NCBI GenBank assembly: GCA_964640435.1
Contig: CAZXFJ010000001.1
Coordinates: forward strand, 64,542-128,541
Direction: 5' to 3'
Length of the DNA stretch: 64,000 bases
Origin: an uncultured Gammaproteobacteria bacterium
GTDB taxonomy: Bacteria; Patescibacteriota; Microgenomatia; Levybacterales; GWA1-39-11
The notes beneath the pieces are model-generated. The model saw only the letters and a program-made list of their open reading frames with translations, did not search any database and was not told the DNA's origin. Position numbers and translations under genes: made by a program. Below, piece by piece: positions 19,775 through 31,133 of this stretch (the first letter of the stretch is position 1; each line of letters starts with the position of its first letter).

Positions 19775-20719
19775 ATGAAGAGACTTACAACAGTAATAAT
19801 TTTACTGCTCGTACTTATCACCGCTGGCTTTTTCTACTGGACTTCCGGAAATCAAGCTGTAAATCCTAAGGATAAATCAAACAAAATTTTTGTGATTAAT
19901 CGTGGTGAAGCAGTCCGTGAAATTGGTAATAGTCTCAAAAAAGAAGGATTAATTCGTGACCCTGTTGTTTTCTTCTTATACATAAAGATGAATGGTAAGG
20001 ACAAAAATATTCAAGCAGGAGACTACAAGCTTTCCCCATCAATGAATCTTGCTCAAGTAATTGAAGCGATGCAGCATGGAAGTCTTGATATATGGGTTAC
20101 AGTTCCTGAAGGTTTAAGAGCGGAAGAAATTGCAGATATTTTAAAGGAAAATATTCCTTCATATGATGAAAGCTGGAGGCCAATCTTAGTTGAAAATGAA
20201 GGTTATTTATTCCCAGACACGTATTTAATTCCCAGAGATGCAACAGTTGAGCAGGTTGTAACGATGATGAAAAACAACTTGGCAAATAAGCTTAAAGATT
20301 CAAATATAACTATTGACGATCCTCGTATGCTAAGAGCTCTTACCATGGCTTCACTCATTGAGCGTGAGGCAATTACAAATGAAGAAAAGCCTCTTATTGC
20401 TGGAGTTATTAATAACAGGCTTTCATTGGGTATGCCTCTTCAGATTGATGCATCAATTCAATATGCAAAGGGAAATAAGAGCAAGTGGTGGCCTCAGGTA
20501 TTTACAGATGACTATAAGAATGTAGTTTCTCCCTATAATACCTATCTTAAGCAAGGTCTTCCTCCGGGACCTATTGCAAATCCAGGTATAACAGCGATTA
20601 ATGCAGCTCTTAATCCACAGGATAATGACTACATATATTATATTCACGATAAGAACAAAGTAATTCATCCAGCAAAGACTATAAACGAACATAATGCGAA
20701 TGTAGAAAAATATTTATAA
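19775..20719 (+). CDS. mltG: Endolytic transglycosylase MltG
   Basis: TVPEGL, EGYLFPDTY, ASLIEREA, LQIDA, SPYNTY and GLPPGPIANPG. Confidence 0.96.
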   Translation: MKRLTTVIILLLVLITAGFFYWTSGNQAVNPKDKSNKIFVINRGEAVREIGNSLKKEGLIRDPVVFFLYIKMNGKDKNIQAGDYKLSPSMNLAQVIEAMQHGSLDIWVTVPEGLRAEEIADILKENIPSYDESWRPILVENEGYLFPDTYLIPRDATVEQVVTMMKNNLANKLKDSNITIDDPRMLRALTMASLIEREAITNEEKPLIAGVINNRLSLGMPLQIDASIQYAKGNKSKWWPQVFTDDYKNVVSPYNTYLKQGLPPGPIANPGITAINAALNPQDNDYIYYIHDKNKVIHPAKTINEHNANVEKYL

Positions 20720-20727
20720 ATTGGGTG

Positions 20728-20756
20728 TTGACAAATAGATGGATATAAGATATAAA
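20728..20756 (+). promoter_or_regulatory. Sigma70 promoter upstream of rpoB
   Basis: TTGACA (20728-33), 17 bp, TATAAA (20751-56). Confidence 0.7.
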
Positions 20757-20775
20757 TAATCCCAACCTAAATCGT

Positions 20776-20807
20776 GGGGGGAGTTAAGAACTTCCTTCCC
20801 TTTTTTT
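20776..20807 (+). terminator. Intrinsic terminator-like hairpin in the rpoB leader
   Basis: GGGGGGAGTT-aag-AACTTCCTTCCC followed by T7. Confidence 0.65.
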
Positions 20808-20843
20808 GTTAAAATTTCGGCACTCTTCTAGAAATTATTTCAG

Positions 20844-23800
20844 ATGGCAAAAAACATAGGCAGTAATAAACAATATTGGGGTAAAGAGTCAAAATCTTTA
20901 CCGGAATTTGATCTGTTATCCATACAGAAGGCTTCTTATAAGTGGTTTATTGAAGAAGGCATTCGTGAGGTAATCGATGAAATTTCTCCGATTGAGGATT
21001 TCACGGGTAAAAACTGGGAACTTGTTCTTGGTGACTACAAACTTGGTGAACCAAAAATCACAGAAGAAATGGCTCTTGCGAAGGGTCTTACATATTTTAC
21101 TCCTCTAACAGTTGAAGCAACTCTCGTAAACAAAAAATCAGGTAAAAATGTTAAGCAAAATGTTTTCCTAGGTGAAGTGCCTAAGATGACTGACCGTGGA
21201 ACATTTATTGTTAACGGTATTGAACGTGTTATCGTTGGGCAAATAGTTCGATCTCCTGGAGTTTTCTTCACAGCAGCAGAAGATCCAATAACAGGTAGAA
21301 CCCTTTACACAGCCGAAATGAGACCAGTTCATGGTTCATGGCTTGAATTCTCAACAACAAGAACAGACATGGTTGTTGTTAGAATTGACCGCAGAAAGAA
21401 GTTTTTAGCTTCAGTTTTCTTAAAAGCTCTTGGAATTGATACAAATGAAGAAATTTATGAAAAATTCAAGGGAATTGATGGAGCAGAAAACTACATTAAA
21501 AACACAATTGAAAAAGACGAAACTCGTGGAGCAACTGACGCATTAATCGAAATCTTCAAGAAAATGAACCCAGGAGAGCCAGTCGTTATTGACACAATCC
21601 GTCAAAACTTCCGTGATTCATTCTTTGACAGACGTCGTTATGACCTTTCACGTGTAGGTCGTTACAAAGTTAACAAAAAGCTTGCTAATATCTCAAATTT
21701 TGAGGCTCAAGATGCGTTAACACTCACTATTAATGATGTTATTGGAATAATTTCATACCTAGTTCAGCTTGCTAACGGAAAGGGTAAGATTGATGATATT
21801 GATCATCTTGCAAACAGACGTATCCGCTCAGTTGGAGAACTTGTTCAAACAACAGCATTTAGAGTTGGAGCATTAAGACTTGAAAGAATAATTAAAGAGA
21901 AAATGTCTCTTGCATCAACTGAGGAGCAATTCTCACCAAGCCACTTTATTAATGCTCACCCAATAATTGCTGCTATTAATGAATTCTTTAGAACAAGCCA
22001 GCTTTCAGCTATTCTTGATCAAACAAACCCACTTTCAGAAATTGACAATATTCGCCGCTTGACTGTTATGGGAACAGGTGGAATTTCACGTGAGCGTGCT
22101 TCATTTTCAATCCGTGATATTAATGCTTCACAATACTCAAGAATTTGTCCTGTTAGAAGCCCTGAAGGTCCAAACATTGGACTTGTTACATATCTTGCGC
22201 TTTACGCAAGAGTTAACGAATATGGATTTCTAGAAGCTCCATATAAAAAGGTAGCAGCTGAAGGTAAAAAGCTTCGCGTAACAGACGAAATTGTATATCT
22301 TGATGCAGAAAATGAGATGGAAGCATACATTACTCACGCTGATATTAAAGTTGACGAAAAGGGTTACATTGTGGATGATCTAGTTCCAGCTCGTTACAAC
22401 GGAGAATACCTTGAAGTTGAAAAAGAGAAAATCCAATACATTGATGTTATTCCACGCCAGGTTGTTGGAACAAGTGCTGCTTTAATTCCATTTATTGACC
22501 ACGACGAAGCAAACCGTGCACTTATGGGAACTCACATGCAATGTCAGGCTGTTCCTTTAATTAAAGCAGAAGCTCCAGTTATTGGAACAGGTATGGAAGA
22601 AATGGTTTCAAAAGCTTTAGGTCGTGTTATTACAGCTCCATTTGATGGAACTGTTGAGTTTGTTGATGCAAACAAGGTTACTATTAAAGATGGAAGAAAC
22701 GAAGAAACATTTAAGATTAATAAATTTAAGAGAACTTCAAACAACACATTATTTAACCAAAGACCAATTGTAACAGTTGGACAAAAAGTTAAAAAAGGCG
22801 ACATTTTAATTGATGGTCCAGCCTCACAAGAAGGAGAACTTGCTCTTGGAAAGAACTTAGTTATTGCTTATGCATCATTTGATGGACTTGGATATGAAGA
22901 CGCTATCGTTATCTCAGACAGACTTGTTCAAAGTGACGCATTAACTTCAGTTCATGTTGAGAAATATGAAGCAACTGTTGTTGATACAAAACTTGGAGCT
23001 GAAGAAACAACTCGTGATATTCCAAACGTTGCTGAAGAAGATCTAGCAAATCTTGACGAAGATGGAATCGTAGTTGTTGGATCAGAAGCAAAACCAGGTG
23101 ACATTCTAGTTGGAAAAATTGCTCCAAAAGGTGAAACAGAATTAACAGCCGAAGAAAGACTTTTGAGAGCTATCTTTGGAGAAAAAGCACGTGAAGTTCG
23201 TGACACTTCACTTCGTATGCCACACGGTGAGCATGGAATTGTTACAAATGTTCAAATTCTTGACCGTGAGCGTGGAGATGAGCTCGAGCCAGGAGCAATA
23301 AGAAAAATTCAAATTGAAGTTGCACAAATTCGTCACGTTGTTGTTGGAGATAAACTAGCTGGACGTCATGGAAATAAAGGTGTTATCTCAAAGATAGTTC
23401 CAGATTCAGACATGCCATATCTTGAGGATGGTACACCAGTTGATATTATTATTTCTCCAATCTCAGTGCTTGGGCGTATGAATCTTGGACAGCTTCTTGA
23501 GGCTCATTTAGGACTTGCTGCAAGAAACTTAAATAAAAGAATTGCTCTTCCGGTTTTTGAAAAAATGAATGAAGATCAGTATGTTGATCTTCTAAAAGAA
23601 GCAGGACTTCCTGTAAATGGAAAACAAAAGCTTATTGATGCTCGAACTGGAGAAGCATACGAAAATGATGTTGTTGTTGGAATTGGATACATCATGAAGC
23701 TTATACACATGGTTGAAGATAAAGCACACGCTCGTTCAACTGGACCATACTCACTTGTTACACAACAACCTCTTGGAGGAAAAGCACAAATGGGAGGACA

Positions 23801-24236
23801 GCGTCTAGGAGAGATGGAGGTATGGGCACTTGAAGCACACCGTGCAGCATATACATTGCAAGAAATGTTAACAATTAAATCTGATGATGTATCTGGACGT
23901 GCGAAGGCATTTGAAGCTATAATTAAGAGTGTTGATATTCCAACACCAAGAGTTCCTGAGTCTTTCAAAGTTTTGATTCGTGAGTTACAATCATTATCTC
24001 TTAACATTGTTCCTACTCAAGCAGTTGTAGCAGATGAAACAGAAGATGAAGATACTTCAAGCAAACAAGAAGAGGTTATAAAAGAAGCTAAAGAGCTTCA
24101 AGAAGGACTTGATGCTGTTGGGGTTGAGACAGAAGAAGTTAATAATCCTGAAAGTGATGTAACTGCGGAAGAAATTGTAACAACAGATGCATCAACTGGT
24201 ACTGAAGAGCAAAGTGAGGAGGTAGCTGTTTCCTAA
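20844..24236 (+). CDS. rpoB: DNA-directed RNA polymerase beta subunit
   Basis: GTFIVNGIER, SPEGPNIGL, GDKLAGRHGNKG and GGQRLGEMEVWAL; acidic C-terminal tail. Confidence 0.99.
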   Translation: MAKNIGSNKQYWGKESKSLPEFDLLSIQKASYKWFIEEGIREVIDEISPIEDFTGKNWELVLGDYKLGEPKITEEMALAKGLTYFTPLTVEATLVNKKSGKNVKQNVFLGEVPKMTDRGTFIVNGIERVIVGQIVRSPGVFFTAAEDPITGRTLYTAEMRPVHGSWLEFSTTRTDMVVVRIDRRKKFLASVFLKALGIDTNEEIYEKFKGIDGAENYIKNTIEKDETRGATDALIEIFKKMNPGEPVVIDTIRQNFRDSFFDRRRYDLSRVGRYKVNKKLANISNFEAQDALTLTINDVIGIISYLVQLANGKGKIDDIDHLANRRIRSVGELVQTTAFRVGALRLERIIKEKMSLASTEEQFSPSHFINAHPIIAAINEFFRTSQLSAILDQTNPLSEIDNIRRLTVMGTGGISRERASFSIRDINASQYSRICPVRSPEGPNIGLVTYLALYARVNEYGFLEAPYKKVAAEGKKLRVTDEIVYLDAENEMEAYITHADIKVDEKGYIVDDLVPARYNGEYLEVEKEKIQYIDVIPRQVVGTSAALIPFIDHDEANRALMGTHMQCQAVPLIKAEAPVIGTGMEEMVSKALGRVITAPFDGTVEFVDANKVTIKDGRNEETFKINKFKRTSNNTLFNQRPIVTVGQKVKKGDILIDGPASQEGELALGKNLVIAYASFDGLGYEDAIVISDRLVQSDALTSVHVEKYEATVVDTKLGAEETTRDIPNVAEEDLANLDEDGIVVVGSEAKPGDILVGKIAPKGETELTAEERLLRAIFGEKAREVRDTSLRMPHGEHGIVTNVQILDRERGDELEPGAIRKIQIEVAQIRHVVVGDKLAGRHGNKGVISKIVPDSDMPYLEDGTPVDIIISPISVLGRMNLGQLLEAHLGLAARNLNKRIALPVFEKMNEDQYVDLLKEAGLPVNGKQKLIDARTGEAYENDVVVGIGYIMKLIHMVEDKAHARSTGPYSLVTQQPLGGKAQMGGQRLGEMEVWALEAHRAAYTLQEMLTIKSDDVSGRAKAFEAIIKSVDIPTPRVPESFKVLIRELQSLSLNIVPTQAVVADETEDEDTSSKQEEVIKEAKELQEGLDAVGVETEEVNNPESDVTAEEIVTTDASTGTEEQSEEVAVS

Positions 24237-24248
24237 CAGCAGAAAAAT

Positions 24249-27200
24249 ATGGACGATAATAAAGTAAAAAGACGAGAAGATAAGAAATTTGACGCAATAA
24301 ACATTTCAGACTTTAAAGGTCTTAAGGTTTTAGTTGCTGATGGTGCTGATATAAAAGCTAACTCATATGGTGAGGTTACAAAACCTGAAACAATCAACTA
24401 TAGAACATATAGACCTGAAAAAGATGGACTTTTTGATGAAAGAATCTTTGGACCTACCCGTGACTTTGAATGCTACTGTGGAAAATACAAGAGAATCCGA
24501 TACAAGGGTATCGTTTGTGACCGCTGTGGAGTAGAAGTTACATATTCAAGAGTACGTCGTGAAAGAATGGGTCATATTACTCTTGCATCACCTGCAGTTC
24601 ACATCTGGTTCTCAAAAGGTAGCCCTTCAAAGCTATCAACAATGCTTGATATCCCACAAAAGGAACTTGAATCAGTCATTTACTTTGCTTCATTCTTAGT
24701 TACTGAGATTGATGAAGAAAAACGCAAAGAAGCACAGAAAGAGCTTAATGATGTTAAAAATGACAGAATTGCAAAGCTCAAAGCTCAAGTTGAAGCTGAA
24801 AAAACTGTAATTGATAACGATGAAAAAGCAAAGGTAAAGGATGTTAAAGGAAATCTTTCTGAAGAGCAAAAAACACTAGTTCTTGAAGAAACAGATGTTA
24901 CATTCAGACAAAAAAGAATTGCTCTTGATAAGAGACTTGAAACAGAAGTTTCAAGAACTGAAGAAATCTTCACAAGGGTTGGTGACATTGTTAAAGGTCT
25001 TAAGCTTTGGGATGTTCTTTCTGAAGAAGAATATGTTCGTCTTATTGAATACGAAGTCCCAATATTCTTTGAAGTTGAAACAGGAGCAGCTGCAATTTTG
25101 CACGCGATTGAAAAACTTGACATGCCAAAACTAATTGGTGATCTACGTGTTGAAGTTGAAAAATCATCTGGTCAAAAACAGCTTAAGCTTCTTAAAAGAC
25201 AACACTTAATTGAGTCAATTAATAGAGCAGGATTTAACCCAGCATCACTTGTTTTGAACGTTCTTCCTGTTTTGCCACCAGACTTGCGTCCTATGGTTCA
25301 GCTAAATGGAGGACGTTTTGCTACATCTGATCTTAACGATCTTTACAGAAGAGTTATTAACAGAAACAACCGTTTGAAGCATTTAATCTCACTTGGTGCA
25401 CCTGAAATCATTTTGAGAAATGAAAAAAGAATGCTTCAAGAGTCTGTTGATTACTTAATTGACACTTCAATTAGAACATCACAAACTCAAAAACAATTTA
25501 AGTCACTTTCAGACATCCTTCGTGGAAAACAAGGTCGATTCAGAAAGAATCTTCTTGGAAAACGTGTTGACTACTCAGGACGTTCAGTTATTATCGTTGG
25601 ACCAGAACTTACACTTAACCAATGTGGACTTCCAAAAGAAATGGCATTAGAATTATTCAAGCCATTCGTTATTCGTGAAGTTATCGCACGTGGACTCACT
25701 ACTCCAAACGTTAAGGCTGCAAAGAGATTTATCGAAAGAAGAACACCTGAGATTTTTGATATTTTAGAAGAAATCACAAGAAATCACCCAGTTCTTCTAA
25801 ATCGTGCTCCTACACTTCACAAACTTGGTATTCAAGCGTTCTACCCAGTTTTAGTTGAAGGATCAGCTATTAAAATCCATCCTTGTGTCTGTGCAGGATA
25901 TAACGCTGATTTTGATGGAGACCAAATGGCTATTCACGTTCCTTTGTCTGCAAAAGCACAAGAAGAAGCAGTATCTCTTATGATGCCTGCGCACAACCTT
26001 CTAAAACCAGCTGATGGAACGCCTATTACTCTTCCAAACAAAGAGATGGCTCTTGGTGCATTCTACTTAACAAGCGTTGATGAGAGACTTAGAAAAGAAA
26101 ATATTCCATCATTTGCATCAGCTGAGGAAGCACACTTTGCATTCTCACTTAAAAAGATTGCTCTTCGTGAGCCAATTAGTGTTCGAATTGATGGAAAAAT
26201 CTTTGAAACAACAATTGGAAGAATAATCTTTAACGAAAGACTTCCAAAAGATATGAGATTTGTAAACTCAGAAATTAAAGCTTCAACTATTAAAGAGCTT
26301 GTTACAAAGGCTATGGTTTCAGTATCTGAAGCAGAAGTTGCAAACCTTATTGATAACTTGAAAGAAGTTGGATTCTATGCAGCAACTCTATCAGGTATTT
26401 CTGTTTCAACATTCGACTTAAAGCGTCTATCCGACAAAGATCGCTTAATTGATGAAGCAGAGAAAAAAATTAAAGAGATTGATTCAGAATATCAAAACGG
26501 TCTTATCACAAACGCAGAACGTCGAAGACTTTCAAACAATGTGTGGCTTGATGTAACAGAAAAGATGGCAAACCTTACATGGGAACTATTTGATAAGAAT
26601 GATATTGTCCGTATCATTGCTGAATCAGGAGGAGCACGTGCTGGAAAAGATCAAATCAAACAGCTTGCTGCTATGCGTGGTCTTATTTATGATCCAATGG
26701 GACGCATCGTTGAGCTTCCTATTAAATCAAACTTTAGAGAAGGTCTTTCAATCTTTGAATACGTGAACTCTGCTCGTGGATCACGTAAAGGACTTACCGA
26801 CTCAGCTTTGAAAACAGCTGACGCAGGATATCTAACACGACGTCTTGTTGACGTAGCACACGATGTTATTATTCGTGAAGGTGACTGTGGAACAGAAGAA
26901 GGAATTCTTGTACCAATGGATAAGCGTGACAATGAAGTACATCTTTCAAGTATGCTTCTTGGACGTGTGGCTCTTAAAGATATCGTAAGCAAGAAAAACA
27001 AGAAAACAATTGTTAAAAAAGGTGAAGAAATTGACTTTGAAAAGTATGCTGAGATTATGAAAGATGACTCAATTCTTGAAATTTCAGTACGCTCTCCATT
27101 GTTCTGTCGTTTGCGTTATGGTCTTTGTGCAGCATGTTACGGATGGGATCTCTCAGCTTACAGAAGAGCTGATGAAGGAACACCAGTTGGAGTTATAGCA

Positions 27201-28049
27201 GCTCAATCTATCGGAGAGCCTGGAACACAGCTTACAATGCGTGTTCGTCACTTTGGAGGAGTTGTTATGTCTGACGTTACACAAGGTCTTCCACGTGTTG
27301 AAGAACTCTTTGAGGTACGTCGTCCAAAGACTTTGGCTCCAATTGCTGAAATTGGTGGAAAAGTACAGGTTAACAAAGTTGAAGATGGATACATCATAAG
27401 ACTTCGAAACACAAAGGCAAAGCCTGTTGAAGAGCGTGAGTACTTTGTACCACTTACATCAACTCTTCTTGTTGAAGAGGGAGACACAGTAAATGCGGGA
27501 ACACAGCTTTGTGAAGGATATCTTGATCCAAGAGATGTTCTTAAGATTTCAGGACTAAGATCAGCACAGCAATACTTAATCGACCAAATTCAAAATGTTT
27601 ATGAATCACAAGGAATTGCAATTCACTTCAAGCACTTTGAAACAATCGTTCGAAAGATGTCTGATAAGGTTATGATTGAGACACCAGGTGACACAACTCT
27701 TATGCCTGGAGATCTTATCTCAAAGCTTCGTTTTGAAGAAGAGAATGCAAACATTATTACTGAAGGTGGAGAACCAGCTTCAGCTCGTGAGATCATTCTT
27801 GGAGTTACAAAGGCTTCACTTGTTACAGATTCATGGCTATCAGCATCATCATTCCAAGAAACAACTCAGGTTTTGACAGATGCAGCTCTTGAAGGACGTG
27901 TCGATAACCTAATTGGTCTTAAAGAAAACGTTATCGTAGGTCGTCTTATTCCAGTTCGTGGTGAATTCATGGAGGGAAACATTATTAAAGAAGCGTCAAT
28001 GCAAGAGAATGTGATTCCTGCGCAAGCTCCAGTAACTGCTGCTGAATAA
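24249..28049 (+). CDS. rpoC: DNA-directed RNA polymerase beta' subunit
   Basis: Zn finger CYCGKY..CDRC, catalytic NADFDGD, and [14 protein letters not shown]. Confidence 0.99.
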   Translation: MDDNKVKRREDKKFDAINISDFKGLKVLVADGADIKANSYGEVTKPETINYRTYRPEKDGLFDERIFGPTRDFECYCGKYKRIRYKGIVCDRCGVEVTYSRVRRERMGHITLASPAVHIWFSKGSPSKLSTMLDIPQKELESVIYFASFLVTEIDEEKRKEAQKELNDVKNDRIAKLKAQVEAEKTVIDNDEKAKVKDVKGNLSEEQKTLVLEETDVTFRQKRIALDKRLETEVSRTEEIFTRVGDIVKGLKLWDVLSEEEYVRLIEYEVPIFFEVETGAAAILHAIEKLDMPKLIGDLRVEVEKSSGQKQLKLLKRQHLIESINRAGFNPASLVLNVLPVLPPDLRPMVQLNGGRFATSDLNDLYRRVINRNNRLKHLISLGAPEIILRNEKRMLQESVDYLIDTSIRTSQTQKQFKSLSDILRGKQGRFRKNLLGKRVDYSGRSVIIVGPELTLNQCGLPKEMALELFKPFVIREVIARGLTTPNVKAAKRFIERRTPEIFDILEEITRNHPVLLNRAPTLHKLGIQAFYPVLVEGSAIKIHPCVCAGYNADFDGDQMAIHVPLSAKAQEEAVSLMMPAHNLLKPADGTPITLPNKEMALGAFYLTSVDERLRKENIPSFASAEEAHFAFSLKKIALREPISVRIDGKIFETTIGRIIFNERLPKDMRFVNSEIKASTIKELVTKAMVSVSEAEVANLIDNLKEVGFYAATLSGISVSTFDLKRLSDKDRLIDEAEKKIKEIDSEYQNGLITNAERRRLSNNVWLDVTEKMANLTWELFDKNDIVRIIAESGGARAGKDQIKQLAAMRGLIYDPMGRIVELPIKSNFREGLSIFEYVNSARGSRKGLTDSALKTADAGYLTRRLVDVAHDVIIREGDCGTEEGILVPMDKRDNEVHLSSMLLGRVALKDIVSKKNKKTIVKKGEEIDFEKYAEIMKDDSILEISVRSPLFCRLRYGLCAACYGWDLSAYRRADEGTPVGVIAAQSIGEPGTQLTMRVRHFGGVVMSDVTQGLPRVEELFEVRRPKTLAPIAEIGGKVQVNKVEDGYIIRLRNTKAKPVEEREYFVPLTSTLLVEEGDTVNAGTQLCEGYLDPRDVLKISGLRSAQQYLIDQIQNVYESQGIAIHFKHFETIVRKMSDKVMIETPGDTTLMPGDLISKLRFEEENANIITEGGEPASAREIILGVTKASLVTDSWLSASSFQETTQVLTDAALEGRVDNLIGLKENVIVGRLIPVRGEFMEGNIIKEASMQENVIPAQAPVTAAE

Positions 28050-28069
28050 TCCCTTTAACTGATTCCCGC

Positions 28070-28098
28070 TGGAATTTGAGCACGATTTATAGTAGAAT
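28070..28098 (+). promoter_or_regulatory. Putative rpsL promoter
   Basis: TGGAAT-17 bp-TAGAAT; the spacer begins TTGAGCACGA, identical to the rplC promoter spacer. Confidence 0.55.
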
Positions 28099-28108
28099 AT
28101 ACAAACTT

Positions 28109-28531
28109 ATGCCAACACTTAACCAATTAATTAAAAACGGCCGAAGCAAAAAGAGTAAAAAAGTTAAAGCAACAGGATTGCGTACTATTTTTAATGCTAA
28201 AGAGCGCAAGTACACATTAGTTCCTTCTCCTCAAAAACGTGGGGTTGTAACTCTTGTTCGTACAATGACTCCTAAAAAGCCAAACTCAGCTCTTCGTAAA
28301 GTTGCTCGTGTTAAGCTTTCAAACAGAGAAGAAGTTACAGCATATATTCAAGGAATTGGACACAACTTAGCAGAGCACGGAATCGTTTTGGTTCGTGGTG
28401 GTCGTGTTAAGGATTTACCAGGAGTTAAATATCACCTAGTTCGTGGTAAGTTTGATTTAGCTGGAGTAGAAACAAGAAGAAGCTCAAGAAGCCGATACGG
28501 TACAAAGAGACCACAGGCTCAAAACGCATAA
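28109..28531 (+). CDS. rpsL: 30S ribosomal protein S12
   Basis: [18 protein letters not shown] and GGRVKDLPG; start placed at the ATG at 28109. Confidence 0.98.
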   Translation: MPTLNQLIKNGRSKKSKKVKATGLRTIFNAKERKYTLVPSPQKRGVVTLVRTMTPKKPNSALRKVARVKLSNREEVTAYIQGIGHNLAEHGIVLVRGGRVKDLPGVKYHLVRGKFDLAGVETRRSSRSRYGTKRPQAQNA

Positions 28532-28535
28532 TAAT

Positions 28536-29012
28536 ATGGCAAGAGGTGGATCAAAATACAAAAAAAGAATTATTGAAGGCGATCCAGTTTATGGAAGCGT
28601 CCTCGTTACCATGTTTACAAATCGTCTAATGATAGATGGTAAAAAAACTGTTGCACAACGTGTTGTTTATGATGCAATGGAAAAACTCAAAAATGAAGGA
28701 AATCCTCTAGAAATTTTTGAAAGAGCTCTTGATTCTGTAGGACCAAAGGTTGAAGTTAAAGCTCGTCGTATTGGAGGAGCAGCATACCAAGTTCCACAAG
28801 AAGTTCGCGGCGCAAGAAAAACAGCTCTTGCTATTCGATGGATTCTCGAAGCAAGCAAAAAGCGCCCAACAGCAGAATTTAAAACAATGGCAGACAAGCT
28901 AGCAGCAGAACTTCTCGCAGCAACTAAAAATGAAGGTGAAGCTATTAAAAAGCGTGATGTAGCACACCGTATGGCTGAAGCAAACAAAGCATTCTCACAC
29001 TTCCGTTGGTAA
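28536..29012 (+). CDS. rpsG: 30S ribosomal protein S7
   Basis: EVKARRIGGAAYQVP and HRMAEANKAFSHFRW. Confidence 0.98.
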   Translation: MARGGSKYKKRIIEGDPVYGSVLVTMFTNRLMIDGKKTVAQRVVYDAMEKLKNEGNPLEIFERALDSVGPKVEVKARRIGGAAYQVPQEVRGARKTALAIRWILEASKKRPTAEFKTMADKLAAELLAATKNEGEAIKKRDVAHRMAEANKAFSHFRW

Positions 29013-29046
29013 ACTACATTTAATCTTCTAGGTTTTATTCAATTTT

Positions 29047-29496
29047 ATGGATATAGTTCAATCACTATTCGTTGCTGGTTTTGGTGCTTTTTCTTTCTCA
29101 GGGTTTTTACTTGGGGTTAAAAACTGTGTCAAAAAGAAGAATCCTTACGGCTTAACGAGAAAATATAATATTATTGGTTCATTTGTTTGGGCAGATGCTG
29201 TTGTATTTGGTCTATTTTGGGTCATAATGAGCATTATTTCGTTACTTTTAAGTGACTTCCTACTATTCCTACTCACTCAATCCGTTTTCTGGCTAGTTCG
29301 TTCAATTGGAGAAACTATTTATTGGTTTAATCAACAATTTGCTATGAAGAACAGAAATCCTGCTCATACTCTTTGGATTTCAAGATATTTTCCAGGAGAT
29401 TCTGTTTGGGTTGCAATGCAAATCTTTTGGCAATGCATAGCGGTTTTGACTACGGTTTCTACCCTGTATCTTGCTAAAATCTTCTTTAAAATTTAG
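29047..29496 (+). CDS. Hypothetical membrane protein (about 4 TM helices)
   Basis: 149-aa hydrophobic ORF; no family recognised. Confidence 0.65.
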   Translation: MDIVQSLFVAGFGAFSFSGFLLGVKNCVKKKNPYGLTRKYNIIGSFVWADAVVFGLFWVIMSIISLLLSDFLLFLLTQSVFWLVRSIGETIYWFNQQFAMKNRNPAHTLWISRYFPGDSVWVAMQIFWQCIAVLTTVSTLYLAKIFFKI

Positions 29497-29519
29497 TAAA
29501 GTGTGGTAGTATAAGTTTT

Positions 29520-30179
29520 ATGGAAAATATACGTTGGTATGGCCATGCTAGCTTTGCAATAACAGATCAGAATGGTAAAAAAATATACTTCATAGATCCA
29601 TTTCATCTTCCTGAAAATATAGATGAAAAAGCAGATATAATTTTTGTTACTCATGCACATCACGATCACTTATCGGAAGGTGATATTGATCTTCTTCTAA
29701 AGTCTACAACGATGGTTGTGGCAACTCCTGATTCTTTGGCTACTTTAAAAATTGAAGACTCTCAAAAGTTTCCTGTTGAACCAAATAAAGAATATGAGAT
29801 TGAAGGAGTCAAGTTTGAAACAGTTCCTGCATATAATGTTGATCGTGAGAAGCAAAATTTTCATCCAAAATCTAATAATTGGGTAGGGTACCTACTAAAT
29901 GTGAATGGGATGAAGATATATCACGCTGGAGATTGTGATTTTATGCCTGAGATGCGTGAATTTGCCTCAAAAGAGCTTGATATTGCCATGTTGCCCATGG
30001 GAGGTACATATACAATGAATGTTGATGAAATGATTGAAGCAGCAAATGTTATAGGGGCAAAAACAACCATTCCAATGCATTACAGAGGACTTCTTAAAGA
30101 TAAGTCACAAGAGGCAGAAGAAAAGTTAAAAAAAGGAGTTGTAAATTCTACTGTTTTAATCCTTGATGAGGTTGCGTAA
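29520..30179 (+). CDS. MBL-fold metallo-hydrolase (UPF0173/UlaG-like)
   Basis: WYGHAS, IDP, THAHHDH, YHAGD and PMHY. Confidence 0.9.
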   Translation: MENIRWYGHASFAITDQNGKKIYFIDPFHLPENIDEKADIIFVTHAHHDHLSEGDIDLLLKSTTMVVATPDSLATLKIEDSQKFPVEPNKEYEIEGVKFETVPAYNVDREKQNFHPKSNNWVGYLLNVNGMKIYHAGDCDFMPEMREFASKELDIAMLPMGGTYTMNVDEMIEAANVIGAKTTIPMHYRGLLKDKSQEAEEKLKKGVVNSTVLILDEVA

Positions 30180-30181
30180 GT

Positions 30182-30811
30182 CTATTGAACGTCGATTCCT
30201 AATATTTTAGTTCCAGGGGTTATCTGATTTACAATATCCATTCCACTTGTTACTTTACCGAAGATTGTATATGCAGGATCCAGTGGAGTATCTTTCTTAA
30301 TAATGAAGAATTGGCTTCCATTAGTATTAGGTCCACGGTTTGCCATAGCAAGAGTTCCTTCTACGTATCCTGCTTTATATAGATCGTTATTCGGGTCAAT
30401 TTCATCTTCAAAGGTTGCTCCATAAATTGATTGTCCTCCTGCGCCTGTTCCTTCAGGATCTCCCCCTTGAATTACCCAAGATTCAACTCTGTGGAAAGAA
30501 TTATTGTTGTAGTAGCCTTCTTTTGCAAGAGTTGCAAAGTTTGTGACTGTTTTTGCAGCAACTGAAGCGTATAGGTCAACCTCAATATTTCCCTTTGCGG
30601 TCTTGATTGTTGCTTTATCTGCAGAAATTCTTTGAGTTTCAGGAACTGTTGGGACAGGGGAAGGTGGGGTAAGAGTTACCTGTGGAGTAGGCGATGGGCT
30701 TAAAAAATTGTATGCGTCAGGTGCTAAATTTCCTGTGTTTTGTCTAAATAACATAAATACTCCTATTATTCCTAGAACAACAATGGCTATGAAAATCACT
30801 GCCGTTTTCAT
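30182..30811 (-). CDS. Membrane-anchored cyclophilin-type peptidyl-prolyl isomerase
   Basis: FHRV, IQGGDP, MANRGPNTNGSQFFI and YTIFGKV; N-terminal TM plus a Pro/Thr linker. Confidence 0.95.
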   Translation of the reverse strand: MKTAVIFIAIVVLGIIGVFMLFRQNTGNLAPDAYNFLSPSPTPQVTLTPPSPVPTVPETQRISADKATIKTAKGNIEVDLYASVAAKTVTNFATLAKEGYYNNNSFHRVESWVIQGGDPEGTGAGGQSIYGATFEDEIDPNNDLYKAGYVEGTLAMANRGPNTNGSQFFIIKKDTPLDPAYTIFGKVTSGMDIVNQITPGTKILGIDVQ

Positions 30812-30902
30812 TTTTTAGATTGTAGATAAATGTATTAAAAAATTCAACCCCATATTCAGTAGATATATTCAATTTAGGCTGTTAAATTGATATAATTTGG
30901 TA

Positions 30903-31133
30903 ATGAAGAGAGGTCCAGAATTTTCAAATCCAGCACAAAAAGCGGAAACTGTTAGTTATTATATTGCCAATTTAAGAAATCTGGTTGATATAAGAGGTTT
31001 AATTGATCCAGAAAATGATCCTGAAAAAGCACGTCAAGTTCATCGTGCTGTAGAGACAAGATCAATAGAGCTTGCAAGACTTGGGAAAAAAGATATAGTT
31101 CATGAGATTCGCGGTAGAAAGATATATAAATAG
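30903..31133 (+). CDS. Small hypothetical protein
   Basis: The ATG at 30903 lies 6 nt after TGaTATAAT; the stop abuts the convergent gene. Confidence 0.6.
   Translation: MKRGPEFSNPAQKAETVSYYIANLRNLVDIRGLIDPENDPEKARQVHRAVETRSIELARLGKKDIVHEIRGRKIYK

Noticed and set aside
21035-27876. Many 60-140 aa alternative-frame and antisense ORFs inside rpoB and rpoC (and similarly in ftsK, fusA, tuf and r-protein genes)
   Set aside because: They lie wholly within well-supported genes, have no recognisable motifs, and are the expected shadow of biased codon usage.
28076-28108. TTG-initiated N-terminal extension of rpsL in the ORF track
   Set aside because: It overlaps the promoter, and the canonical MPT start is at 28109. 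The same reasoning applies to the extensions at 6040, 42736, 52407, 54870, 57850 and 62555.
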